From assembly GCF_964194155.1 (NCBI RefSeq), contig NC_135917.1, positions 2,294,001 to 2,358,000 on the forward strand: a stretch of DNA of 64,000 bases. The letters are read 5' to 3'. The translations under genes were made by a program, and so were the position numbers. This document shows, one piece after another, positions 51,703-64,000 of the stretch. The first letter of the stretch is position 1. Each line of letters begins with the position of its first letter. This DNA comes from Cetorhinus maximus. Taxonomy: Eukaryota. The notes beneath the pieces were generated by a model that saw nothing but the letters and a program-made list of their open reading frames with translations, was not told where the DNA came from and did no database searches.

Positions 51703-52530
51703 GGAACTTGCAGGTGGTGGTATTCCCTTGCATCTGCCCTTGACCTTCTAGGTGGTAAAGGTCATGGGTTTGAAAGGTGCTGTCTAAGGAGCCTTGGTGA
51801 GTTGCTGCAGTGCAGCAACCATCTGTTAGATGGTACATGCTGCTGCCACTGTGCATCGGTGGTGAAGGGACTGAATGTTTATTGTGGTGGATGGGGTGCC
51901 AATCAAGTGGGCTGCTTTGTCCTGGATAGTGTCAAGCTTCTTGAGTGTTGTTGAAGCTGCAATCATCTAGGCAAGTGGAGAGTATTCCATCACACTCCTG
52001 ACTTATGGCTTGGAGATGGTGGACAGGCTTTGGGGAGTCAGGAGATGAGTTATTCACTGCAGAAGTTCCAGCCTCTGACCTGCTCTTGTAGCCACAGTAT
52101 TCCTATGGCTGGTCCAGTTCAGTTTCTGGTCAATGGTAACCCCACAGGATGTTGATAGTGGGGGATTCAGCAACATTAATGCCGTTGAATGTCAAGGGGG
52201 GATGATTGGATTCTGTCCCGTTGGAAATGGTCATTGCCCAGCACTTCTGTGGTGCAAGTGTTACTTGCCACTTATCAGCCCAAGCCTGGATATTGTCCAG
52301 GTCTTGCTGCATATGGACATGGACTGCTTCAGTATCTGAGGAGTCGCCAATGGCGCTGAACATTGTGCAATCATCAGCGAATAACCCCACTTCTGACCTT
52401 CTGATGGAAGGAAGGTCATTGATGAAGCAGCTGAATGTGTTTGGGCTGAGGACCCTGAGGAACTCCTGCAGTGATGTCCCATCTTCCTTTGTGCCAGGTA
52501 TGACTCCAACCATTTGTTTAGTTGTGACCA
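51703..52530 (-). mobile_element. inverted 3' part of the same LINE family
   Basis: ORF 52130-52555 (FSCFINDLPS...FADDCT...WADKWQV) is the reverse complement of the 51390-51700 region. Confidence 0.85.
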
Positions 52531-53617
52531 ATGATGGGAACTGGTCATGTCTCATGAACCTAGTTTGCTAGAGTTGGTGCCTTGTTTTGTGGAACCACTT
52601 GGATTTGTTGGGACGGAGGGGTTCAGAAGGTAGCCACTTCACTCCCGTCCCCATCACCCCTGTGTGGTGATTTAAAATAAATATTACTATTGAATTATTC
52701 AAAGTATTGTTTTGTTTGCCCAGCTTGGCACCTGCTGCTGAAAGTGGCAGGTACCCAGCTTCCAGGTATTGTAAATGTCTAATAAGCTGACGAGTTGTGG
52801 ACCATCCAAACGTGACCGTCCCCTGTAATTTTAATTACTGTCCCCTTAGTTCCTCCTCCTCTACTTCCTGGTAGATAGAAAAGGACAGAAGAAGCAATGA
52901 ATATCCCCTCATGCGTTACTTGTCTTAGAATCCAAACGTTTTTGTTCTTTTATGCTTCTCCACATTGAAAGTGAGCGGTCCACTATCACTTTTCATTCTT
53001 TCACAGTCTCCGTGTGCTAATTCTATTGCATTCATTGTGATACTTATTATATTTTATACCTTGCTGTTGAAACCCTCCTCCATGCTTTTGGTACCTCCAC
53101 ATTTGGCTATTCCACTGCTCTCCTAGCCGGCCTCCCAGCTTCCATTCTCCATAAACTTGAACTCATGCAAAACTGTGCCTGTATCCAAACTCGCACAAAG
53201 TTACATGCATTCACCCATCACCTCTGTTCTTGCTAAGCTACATTGACTCCTATTCTACCAATGCCTTGATTTTAAAATTCCCATCTTTGTAACAAATTGA
53301 AACCAGTTTTACATGGAATGCAAAAGCAGTGAGGGAAAGATTCAACCTCCATAACTTGCAGCCTTAGCATGGTTGCTCTACTAAAAATATCTCTCTATAT
53401 AAAACTCACTCTTGACATCATGTTATCTCTTGGGACAGCCAGTTTACCAGACCAGCCACATTCATATCGTAAGTGGAATGTTCCCAAAATAATAATTGAA
53501 TAGTTCGCATATTGATGGTGAAATATCACAAAAATGATAGGCAAAAGATGAAAATAAGAATTAATACCAGCAAAATGAGAACAGTATTGTTTTATTTAAT
53601 GTGGTTTTATATAAGTA

Positions 53618-53927
53618 GGGGAGATGGTGGCATCGTGGTAATGTCACTGGACTAGTAATCCAGAGGCCCAGGCTAATGCCCTTGGGGATATGGGTTCAAA
53701 TCCCACCATGGCAGCTGGTGGAACTTAAATTAATTTAATAAATTAATTGTCATCAATTGTCATAAAGACCCATCTGGTTCAGTAATGTCCTTCCTTCCTA
53801 AGGAAAGAAATCTGTTGAGCTTACCTGGTCTGGCCTTCATGTGACTCTTAACTGTCCTCTGAAATGTTTAGTTCAAGGGCAATTTGCCAGCAATGCCACA
53901 TCTAATGAAAGAATAAAGAAAAAAAAA
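53618..53927 (+). mobile_element. tRNA-derived SINE sharing head and tail with the LINE family at 48741
   Basis: A box tggcatcgtgg, B box gggttcaaatccc, A-rich tail, and TSD tataagta/tacaagta. Confidence 0.8.
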
Positions 53928-55029
53928 TACAAGTAAGAGCTCTTACGTAACCTTAAGGGCTGGAGAGGAGTACTTTGTGTAAAATTCTGCCCACTCCCCA
54001 GGCATGACCTAAAATCAACAACAATGAATACTTCCGAGCTGAGAGAAGGCATTTTAGTTGTGTCCATTGTAATGGAGTTTATTGGAAAAGACCCACTAGT
54101 AATGCATCTCTTGTTCGCTGCCATCTATGTGAGTGGGAGAGTGCTGTCCTTCTCAGGTCTGGCCACTAATGCTGTTTCAACAATGCCATTTAGCACTGAC
54201 TAGGATTTCCTCTCCTGCACACACATCTTTTCAGACAAATTGCCAAATATTACTTTTTTGGCTGGGGTTTGTGGGGATGGTGTTGAGGTTTCTTTACATT
54301 GAAAGCACTTTCTCCTTCGTAATGGGGCTTTTAAATTCACACCTGTGTGGAGCGATCACTGTCCAACCCGAGCTGTCAGCGTTGTGTGAAGATCAAAAAT
54401 AGTGACAGATTGCAAACACATCTAAAATGTATGGAGCTGTGTTCCGATTTTTTTTTTTCAATGTAACATATGTTTAAAGTATGTCACATTTTTAAAACCA
54501 AACGAGTCTCACTTTCAAACAGGAAACTTGAAAGGTAGCAGAAAACTATAAATTTACCATATTGTCAGGGAGTGTCTGAAGCTGGATAAATTTAAACAGT
54601 AGCCAAATAGATTTACATAATTATTGTTGGTCTTTAAATTATAAAGTGTAAATTATACCCAGTGACCTGACCTGGAGTGAAGTTAGAATGGAAAGCATGT
54701 GACATGTTTTTAAATAGTTTGTGGCAGAGTGTTTCCACGGTAACAGTCATTTGTTTGCAGAGTCTGTGCTGAAGGGACCTCACTGCAAGCCGGGCTGTGT
54801 CTTGTTTTGAAATCCAAGCAGAATAAATAACTGGTGTATTTTAATATTTTTCATTGGCTATTTGGATAATTCAGTGGATAATTATGATTTTTAAATGAAT
54901 GGCTTTTTGGCTGGGCTGTGTGAGCTGGAGGTTCCAGTAACTGGGTTGATGTTGCCTTTTCCTTAGGTCTCTGACGGTATTTTTCCAAATCATTCTCTCA
55001 GTACAAAGAACAATCTTCTTTGAAAGAAA

Positions 55030-55310
55030 GTAAGACTTGCATTTACATAGGGCCTCATCATGCCTTAAATACAATGAGTGGTCTTGACATGTGGTAACTG
55101 GTTAAACAAATCTGCAGCTGAGTATCTGCACTTTAGATGCCACAAATGAGATGAGTGACCAGTTGATCTGTTTTCAGTGGTGTTGATTGAGGGAGGAATG
55201 TTGGCCCAGGACATGAGAACACTCCCTGCTCCTCTTTGAATAATACTGTGGGATCCACCTAAACAGGCAGATGGGGCCTCAGTTTAATGCCTCTTCTGAA
55301 GATGACACTT
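55030..55310 (-). mobile_element. Deu-domain SINE
   Basis: Family motifs as in the other copies. Confidence 0.6.
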
Positions 55311-57154
55311 CTCATATTTGATTCCCTTCTTGGAGGCGCTCCATTGTCCAGGACTAAAATCCACAAAATCTATCAAATCTCCTTTATTATATATTTTTTA
55401 AAATTACATTCTGACGATTATAAATGGTGAGGTTATCAAGGAATGTGAAGAAATGGCAGGTAAAGGGTTTGAGGTGCTGATCAACCATGATCTAATAAAA
55501 TGGCAGAGCAGGTTTGAGGGGTTGAATGGAGTACTCCTGTTCCTAGTTTCTTTTACCTAACTGGAAAAGGGAGGGAAACATTTCTGATGTATAAAGAATG
55601 AAAGTCAGTCTGTTCAGCCCTTCACCGATTGTCATTCAGCTAGTTTTCCAGGTCGACGCTTGGCAGGTGACTTGTTGGGAACAGCAAACATGTGAGCTGA
55701 GTGTTGAATTAGTGACTCATCTCAAGCAGCTGCAGAAGCAAGTGAAACATTGTTTTCTGTGAACAAGGTCTGAAAATCTCTGCAAATAAGCAGGCCACAA
55801 ACTTTCTATCAGTGAAGGAAATGGCTGCATATTGGAATAGATGCTTTTTTCCCTAAATTGTTGTGTAATTGAATGGTAACAGCCTGGGAGTTCTTGCTTA
55901 GAACGTTTATTGCTGTACTTGCATTCAGCAAAAGACAACTTTGCTCATGGGTTTTAAAAAGATATTTTTAAAAATGCCTCATTCCTTTTTTTTTAATGCT
56001 GCCTCTGCTCATATAGGCGATTTGAAAACTCTTAAAGGGCTGTGTGCTTGTTGTGACTGCTCTTGGCGAAAAGGTTTTATTACGTGATTAAAACGAAATG
56101 CAAGTGAGATTTCAGTAAAACAGAGTTTTCACAGTGCAATGTACTTTTATGTTAAAGGTGGACTTCAGTTATTTGCATATCTCTGTTTCCACTGTGTAAA
56201 AATACCCAGCCAACTGGAGTTGTTTGGAGAGAGCATTGTGAGCTGTAGAATTCGAGAGTTGAGTATAAGTGGATACAAGTCAAAGTGAATTAATAATAGT
56301 AGCATGAGATGTGTTGCTATAAGTACTGTTTCTCCTGTGGTATATTGGAATATATTAATCTATACATTAAAAATATTAGTCTGCGCACACACTCAACTTT
56401 TTTCATTACCAATGTGTAAATGGGAATTTATAATGAAAACTGCTTGTGTAATCTTATCACATTGCAATAAGGCCCTCCCATCAGTGAAGGCACTACAGTC
56501 TCACCATTGGGAGTGTAAATACAGTTTGACAAGTTTATATAGGCAAATCCCATTATAAATGTGGACATAGTTTTATAGTCGTTTGGCCATACAGAACTTG
56601 AGTATTACTGAAAAAAAAGACATGCTGTTTAAGCTTTTCATCTTGCACACATCAGGACAGATGAATTATAAATTGTTCCCTTTACTGTTGGTAATCTTGT
56701 GATCTGTCTTGATGAAAAGCTTAGACATATGTATTTTTATGTTTCTTTTATAAATTTCTAAGAACTGATTTAGTGACTTTCGAATGGGGACTGAATTGCG
56801 TCTCTGTGCCCTGGTCCAATTATCCTTTGTGTTTGAACCCTGTTTCACCTGAAGATGGCACATAGTCCTGGTTCACCATATGCAAAATTATGGGGTTCCA
56901 CCTGCTGCTGTTCTTTTTCTCTTTAGTTTAAACCAACAGGTGACTGGCTGACTGCCACTCGCACCCCTTCAAGAAACCAGCATAAAGCAGCTCTTGATGG
57001 TGCTCTACCCCAAGAGATGTAATAAGGAATAGGGAATTTGGGTTTTTGCAGACATAGGGAAAATTATTTTGCCAAAAATTGCTTTTGAACTATTGAACAG
57101 GGGTGACACATACCGCAGAATATTTTGTTCAAACTCCTCTACTGACTCAATACA

Positions 57155-57735
57155 ACAATTATGTTGAACTTGTATAAGACACTAATTAGGCCCTCATCTG
57201 GAGTACTGCATCCAGTTCTGGGCACCATACTTGAGGAAGGATGTGAAGGAGAGAGTACAGAGGAGATTCACAAGTATGATTCCCGGGATGAAGATCTGTA
57301 GCTATGAGGATAAGTTGGAGAAGTTGGAACTGTTTTCCTTGGAGAAAAGAAGGCTGAGAGGAGACTTGATAGAAGTATTCGAGATCCTCAGGGGAATGGA
57401 CAGGGTAGATAGTGAGAAACTGTTCCCACTCAAGAGAACATCAAGAACTAGAGGACACAGATTCAAAATAATTGGCAGAAGGTGTAAATGTGATGTGAGG
57501 AAACATTTTTTCTCCTAGAGGGTGGTTGGAGTCTGGAACAAACTTCCTGAAAGGGTGGCAGAGGCAGGTTTGATCAGGTATTCAAAAAGGAATTGTATTG
57601 CTACCTGAAAAGAGATAATGCACAAGGTTATGGGGATAAGGCAAGAGAGTGGGACTATTGGAATGCTCTTTCAGAGAGCCAGTGCAGGCTCAATGGGCCG
57701 AATGGCCTCCTTCTGCACTGTAATGATACTGTGAA
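57155..57735 (+). mobile_element. CR1/HER1 LINE 3' fragment
   Basis: LYKTLIRP..LEYCIQFWAP, RRLRGDLIEVF, RTRGHRFK, and the tail. Confidence 0.88.
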
Positions 57736-58699
57736 ATACGCCCATGTCTAATTTAGGATCCTTTAATTAAATCTAACAATTGAAACTATTCATTGAAAGA
57801 TGCTCAACTATCAAAACAGTTTCATTATAAATCTATACTTTGCATATATCATACCCCATCTCTGTTTACCACAGAAATATACATGACACGTACATACACA
57901 TGTTACCTTATAAATACCATCTGCCTCGCCACTGTTCAGGACTCTGCTCAGAGTTATGATCTCTGTCTTACCTGCTCCAAAGCCACATGTGCAACTCGAA
58001 GGGAACATTCAAAATCAAATCTCCAGTCGGGTGTGGGCAGTAACATAATTTGACCCAAAGTGACTATTTAAATAACTGGGTTCCTTCACCCTTTTAAAGC
58101 AGGAATCCAACTGGTTCTTTGATGCCCTTTATGGAAAGAAACCTGCCATCCTTAACCATTCTGGACCAAATGTGACTCCAGACCCACAGCAATGTGGTTG
58201 GCTCAGAAATGGTCTAATAAGCCACTCGGTTGTATCAAAACATCTGCTATAACTGGAATGGTTCTCAAGGCAAGAAGGGATGGGCAATAAATTTATCCAG
58301 AGAATGAAAAAAAATTACTTTCTTTGCAAGCAGCAATGAACTGGGGGCCAGCAACCCTATATTTTCTGAAGGAAAATCTCCAATTTACAGCTCACTCAGT
58401 CAGTTATATATTGCTTAATGTCAACTTTTGGATCCGCCTTCTAACTTTGCATAAGCTGTCTCATGACTGGTTCTAACTGGTTGTATTTAAAGCATGTGAA
58501 TAGCCTATTTTCGAAGCTAAATGAAACATAACAATCCTAGAAGACCTCCAGTCTCTCCTTTACACAATCACAGCAATATAATTACAGGATTGAATAGCAT
58601 TGATCCTCATTTCCATTCTTTAAAGATTTATTTTTAATACTGAAGCCATGCTTATGCATAATGTTTTTAAAACATTTGCATTTAAGTAACAGATTTCAC

Positions 58700-59060
58700 A
58701 ATCTCCAGAATGTGCTATACAACCAATCAAGTACTTTTGAAATGCAGTCACTGTTGTAATGTAGGAAAAGTAGCACATAGCAAGTTCCCACAAACAGCGA
58801 TCTGATAACCTGTTTCAATGATTTTTGTTGAGGGTTAAGTATTGGCCAGGACTTGGGAACAACTCCCCTGCCCTTCGAATAGTGCCATGGAATCTTTTAT
58901 GTCCACCCAAGAGGGACGATGAGGCCTTGGATTAACGTCCCATCTGAAAGATGGGACCTCCAACAGTGCAGCACCCCCCAGCACTGCACTGGGATGTCTG
59001 CAGTGAGACTTGAACCCACAACTTTCTGACTCAGAGGTGAGAGTGGTACCAACTGAGCCA
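58700..59060 (-). mobile_element. Deu-domain SINE, near full length
   Basis: Head tggctcagttggtacc...gtgggttcaagtc on the minus strand, plus the Deu core. Confidence 0.75.
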
Positions 59061-60429
59061 TGTCTGGCATCTAAATTAGGTCCCTGGCGTTCTTATAAGA
59101 AGGTGTCCAGCCCTCCATGTGGCACCACGTCAACTGGCATAAATGAGGTTGGGAGTTCTGTTTTTTAGGGTATGGAGGACTAGCAGTATTGGGCAGTGTT
59201 AGATGTGTTGGGTTCCTCCTCCAATCTATGCTTTTACACAGCAAACCCTTGGTCTATTGCTGCACTGACGGCTGTGATGGGACTGGGATTATCTGGGCTA
59301 TGGAACCTTGATATGTACAATCCTCCCCTGATTGCTCGGAGAAATCCATGGGGCTTCATCCTCTGGTAACTCTTTTTTTAAAAAGTTTGCTGTTTCCTCC
59401 TTTGCCAAGAAGGTTGGTTCAGAAGGAAGGATTGAACTTCACTGGTCTTCCCTCTTCTCAGATGTTGCATTGATTTCCATGATAAACAATAGAGCATGGA
59501 ACTTTTTGCCTTGCCAATACAGAATGTTCTTTATTTACATGTAAATATAATGGCACAGATACCCTGCATCAGGTAGTGCTGCTATGTCAAGAGACTTCAC
59601 CTGACAGCAAAGCCCATTGAAATGGACTTGAATCAGGTTAAGGCCACAAATAGGAATTTCTCCCAGATAATTGAAGACGCGAAGAGCTGTAGGGAGTAAA
59701 ATATGATTGTGACGTTCAGCAGGCAAGGGAACTATTTGTACAGGAATACACTATCTTGTCAATAAGTCTTCAGATTGGTCTGAACCTTTAACCTAGAATA
59801 TTGAAATTCCACTCTGTTGTTTTCAGGGGACAAAGGGTGGAATTTTCCGTGCCCGCTGGCCTCAGGCGTGGTCGATGGCGTGAGCAGACAATATGGCGAG
59901 AAGGCCAAAAATCGATTTCCCGATGTCGTAAACCAGTTTGCAATCGGTCGCTCTGCCCGTCAATGGCGGGCCGCGTTTCCCACCACTGGACGTCGGGAAC
60001 CTCATTGTAATACATCTGCATGTCATTATAAGGCCAGCCCGCTGCACTCATCCCCCCCCCCACCCCCACGCTGGATCCTCTGCCCACGTCAGCAGGAAAA
60101 CATGCCGGTGCAGAACACGTCTTAACAAGTGTGACTTACCGCCAGGGCCTTGCTCACATTGCGGACATCCGAGGAGCAGAAGATGCTGGAGCCCGACAGC
60201 AACAGGACTCTGGAGGAACGTCCATGGCTTGCTGGGTGAATTCTCATGGACATGGCTCTGTGCGAAGGTGGAAAGTCACTGTTGAGGGTCTGCTCACAGT
60301 GGATGATGGTTAAGGGGGTGGAAAGGAAGGCCCAGCTGTGTTTGGGAGAGGAAGATGTACCGGTGGATGGGAGAGGAAGGTCTAGGATCAAGTGGGAGTG
60401 GGAGGGGAAGAGGTGTGGGGGGGAGGATG

Positions 60430-60610
60430 GTGAGGTTGGGAGGGAGGGAACGAAAGTGTCGGGGGGGGTGAGGTTGGGAAGGGGGAATGATTGTGTCAGA
60501 GTAGGTGAGGTTGGAAGGGGGGGAACAAAGGTGTCGAGGGGGTGTGAGGTTGGGAGGGGGGTAACGAAGGTGTCAGAAGGGTGAGGCTGGGAGGGGGGGA
60601 ACAAAAAATG
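60430..60610. repeat. G-rich tandem repeat (~38-bp unit, 5 copies)
   Basis: gtgaggttgggagggggg.aac.aaggtgtc recurs five times. Confidence 0.8.
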
Positions 60611-63235
60611 TTGGGAGGAGGTTCAGATCGGGAGGGACTACGGGGGAGGAGGGAGTAATGGGGGAATACGGCAACTGGGGAGAGAGGTGTAAATGGGTGG
60701 AAGGTGCAAGGCAAGGAGTTTGGAGGGAGGAAGGAGCCCAGGGAAAGGAAGAAGTGTGGAGAGGGGCAGGGAGTAAGGGTGTCTGAAGGAGTCAGGGTGG
60801 AGGAAGGAGTCCAGAGAGGGGAAGGAGTAAGGTGGGGGGGTGGTAATGGGGGGATGGGGGAGTCCGTGGTGGGGGCGTGAGTGGCAGGAGTCCAGAGAGG
60901 GGTGATGTCCAGGTGAACGTGCAAGGGACGGCTCTGATGAGTCCATAACTGCCTCCTGGGGAGCGAACTGAGGGTGGGTGTGGTATGAGGGAATAGTGAG
61001 AATGACTGAGGGTAGAGTGAGGCGATAGGGTGGGAGGGTGAGGGTAAAATGGTATTGGTAGAAGGGACAGCGAGGGTGGTTGGTGGGGATTCGGAGGCAG
61101 GCGTGGACCCTGGGGGTGGGAAGGAGGAGGTCGGGGAGGTCAATGTGGATGAGGGTGGGATTTTTGGGAAGGAAGGGAATGTGCACGTTCACCTGAACAG
61201 CCCAGAAAGAAAAGGGTTGTGGTTGGGAGGTCACGGAGGGGAGGTGGAAGGTGATGCCCGGGGTGTCGACAGATGATGGGGGAAAGGAAATGGGCAACAA
61301 TAGGAGGGGAAAAGATGGGGGAGCAAAAGAAAAACTGCAGCCACCATGCTGGCTATATCGAAAGTGAAACGAGAGTTGTGGTGGGCGAGATCAGGTGCTA
61401 TGTGGGAGTGTGATCAGTGGGTGGGTGGAGATGCAGGTCAGCTCAGATGGACAGCTGAAAGCAAACTCCAGCAGCCGCATTGAAAATGCTCAGGGCATTG
61501 AGATGAGTGCAATGCGGTAAGGAAACGTGTGCGTGGGAGAGGCTTACACAAGGCTCCGAAAGGCCCTGCCACACACACACACACACACACTTCTCCCTCC
61601 AGAATCACTCGTGGGCCGGCTGCATGCAGCTGAACTGCTTGTGGGAGGACTCGTGAAGCCTGTCAATGAAGCTGAAAGACACCATTACACATTATTCAGT
61701 GGAAGTGAATATATTTCCAGATTGTAAAGTGATAAAATGTGAACACATGCAACCAGCTTGGATCAGAATTTCTTAACTTTTGAACACCTTAGACTTCTAG
61801 GTGCTGCCCTGACATCCGCAGCAGGGGTGGAGACAACCTGTGCAATGGTTGGCCCTGTTGTCTCTGATGCCTTCAGCATGCGCCCTCTGGAGACCCGAGG
61901 CCTTGGGGACTCTGACTTGCCCTGGCTGTCCTCCTGTGGGCCAGCTGCTCCCTCTGGTGACAGAGGATGAGGTTGAGGGGGTCACAGGCAAAGGGGACTT
62001 GGAGGGAGAGGACAGCCTCTGAGATTCCTGGGTAGATGACCCAGGGGTGTCCAGCTGCCACTCTTCCTCCCTTTGGGTACCCGAGGGCCCCGGCATGACT
62101 CCTTGAGGGGAAGGAGCACCTGGGGGCTCTTCGAGGTGCCCTGTTTTCCTTTCACATTGCCACTGCAGGAACCCACCTATGGCTAACACGGTGGAGTGCA
62201 GGTCTGCGTGCATCTCCGTGTTCTGGTCTCCATGGCATCCCTATGGAGACCTCCATATGCACACATGTGGGCACCACTTCACCAGAGAGCAGGCAGACGC
62301 ACTCCTCCAACTCACTTGCCACTCTTGAGGGTTTCCAACAGCTCCCCATGGTATTCCCCCGCCTTCTCTTGACTCTCCAGAATGAGTTGGAAGGCCAAAT
62401 CCAGAGGCTCGTCATCTGACTCGGACTTGACAGATGCCTCTACCCCAGCAGTCCTCCGAGCGCTGGGGAGTTTGGCTGAACCTGCCTCCTTGTGCTGCGG
62501 GCACATGTCCGTGTTGTGATCATCAGATTGTGAACCTGAGCCTGTTCTAGATCTAGGTTCCACTGAGGTGTGTGTCTCTGCGCTGTGGAGGGTGTGGGTA
62601 AGTGCTGTGACGGGTCTTCTGGGCTGCTTATTTCCAGCTCTTCAATGGAGGAGGTGTCCTCTTGGCTGGAAGTGAGGACGTGGATTTGGCTGAGGAAATG
62701 GCTGGCTGAGGGTGTCAGTTGCTTGGCAGAGCTCCCTGTGAACCAAATTGGAGATAATTCGTGCATGGCAGCACAGTCAAAAGCAGGAGAGACAGCACTC
62801 ACATTTGCATTGAGAGAGGGATGATGTGGTGCAGGATCCTCATGAGTTCACCGCCAACCTCACCATTGCCGCAGGCACAGTCCACGTCCTCACCAGTCAG
62901 CACGATGGTATGCTCCTCAAAGTGAGTGAGGAGCCTAATGTGGGCCACTCCACCCCCAGTCTGGGACCTCTCCCTGCTGTTGTGAGCAGGTTTTCCCTGC
63001 ATGAAAAGAGATGGAGAGAGTGTGAGCAGGACACCTGGCACTGCGTCCAGTGCTTGTGTGGTGAGTGGAGACATGGACAGGATGAGCACACGAGCTCCAG
63101 AGGGTATGAGCCTGAGGAAAATGTGAGTGTGTGTGAGAGTGCTGTTAGTGGTGTTGTCCCTTGAAGTGAGAGATCCCTGTGGATGTGTGATGGGTTTGTG
63201 AGTATAAGTTGAGAGTGATGAGAAGAGTGACTTAC

Positions 63236-63484
63236 CCTGGTGGATCAGATGAGACCATTCATCCTGTTGTAGCACTGGGTGGCTGTCCTGTTTCGCAGGG
63301 CATTGGCCCTGACCACCGCTCCCACTTCCTCCCAAGCTGGATTAGTGATGCTGCTGCCCCTCCTGCGGCCAGAGTGGAGGTCATCACAGAGGACAGCACA
63401 GTGGGCCTCCACTGCATCCAAAAGGCGCTCGGGGGATGTGTCATTAAACCTGGGGGCTGCAGTTTTCTTGCCTTTTGGGGCCAT
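63236..63484 (-). pseudogene. Harbinger Myb/SANT-like DNA-binding protein, exon 1 (further degenerate exons to about 61770)
   Basis: MAPKGKKTAAPRFND...LLDAVE...AWEEVGAVV......RTATQCYNRMNGL is the trihelix/Myb-SANT pattern of Harbinger ORF2. Donor cagg|gtaagt at 63236, acceptor ttttcatgcag at 62997. Confidence 0.75.
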
Positions 63485-64000
63485 GCTTTCTTTGCAGCAG
63501 TTGTCGGCTGGAAGCACACTGCGCACGGCTGCACTTTAAATATGGTGCCCGGCGTGATGAAGCGGTGTGGTGATGGCATGGAGGGTGAATGAGAGCGTGC
63601 CCGCCATCGAAAGTCATGTTTCCCGGGAATGCAAAGTGAATGCGGCGGGTTTGGGACAATACAGCGTGAGAAGCCGCCATTGCGGCTGCTGGGTAAAATG
63701 TCGTTTCTCCCTCCCTCTACCGCACTTGGTGCAAATCTGGGACGATTCCTCCCAAAGTGGAGCCAAACTTAGTATGGAAAGCTCCTCATCCCTCCCAAAG
63801 GACTGCTGGTGTTGCTGGGCAGTTGTGACACTCCTCAGGAGTTCAGGTTTTGGGGAATTTAAGTTAACATTATGCTGTTCCTTGTCTGGGATCTAGGGCT
63901 CCTTGACAACTACTTGTGAAGGTTAGTTACAAGGACTTGCTAAATAAAGCTTAACTAGAGTACCGCATTGCTTGTGGACTGGGTTGCTGTGGGGGAGGGG

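Larger units (their letters stand above)
59835..63753. mobile_element. PIF/Harbinger-type DNA transposon, defective
   Basis: Imperfect TIRs (gggtggaattttcc at left, reverse complement gggaggaatcgtcc at right). 3-bp TSD aaa on both sides. Carries a minus-strand Myb/SANT gene. Confidence 0.7.

Noticed and set aside
55717-55938. 73-aa ORF ending in a Cys-rich tail
   Set aside because: Non-ATG start, no convincing splice partners, and no recognisable homology.
60122-61300. Pro-rich 160-220 aa minus-strand ORFs
   Set aside because: By-product of C-rich low-complexity sequence that is poor in stop codons.

Overview
Repeat-rich vertebrate genomic DNA. The repeat families (CR1/HER1-type LINEs, Deu-domain SacSINE1-like SINEs, palindromic Penelope termini, a ~69-bp minisatellite) point to a cartilaginous fish, probably a shark; this is an inference. 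The only well-supported protein-coding gene is a minus-strand FAM186A/B-family gene. It has a non-coding first exon near 35.1 kb, six phase-consistent coding exons from 34859 to 20495, and a tentative last exon at 19239-19140 (about 979 aa in total). It shares a CpG-rich bidirectional promoter (ZNF143-type site, CRE, TATA) with an unidentified plus-strand transcript for which I found no coding exon. A second CpG-rich 5' end with non-coding exons of another minus-strand gene lies at about 4.3-5.0 kb. Most notable: (i) a hAT/Charlie element with an 8-bp TSD carrying a histone H3 fragment plus stem-loop and HDE, suggesting DNA-level capture; (ii) a non-autonomous LTR element with a 5-bp TSD carrying a coiled-coil ORF instead of gag/pol; (iii) a ~2.4-kb repeat-free, ORF-free block (44.9-47.4 kb) dense in plus-strand G-U-containing stems, starting with a C/D-box-like ~250-nt module after a TATA, a candidate structured ncRNA; (iv) a LINE with a tRNA-derived head and its internally deleted SINE; (v) a Harbinger element that keeps its Myb/SANT gene but has G-rich repeats where the transposase should be. 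All homology calls are from recall of sequence families, not database searches.
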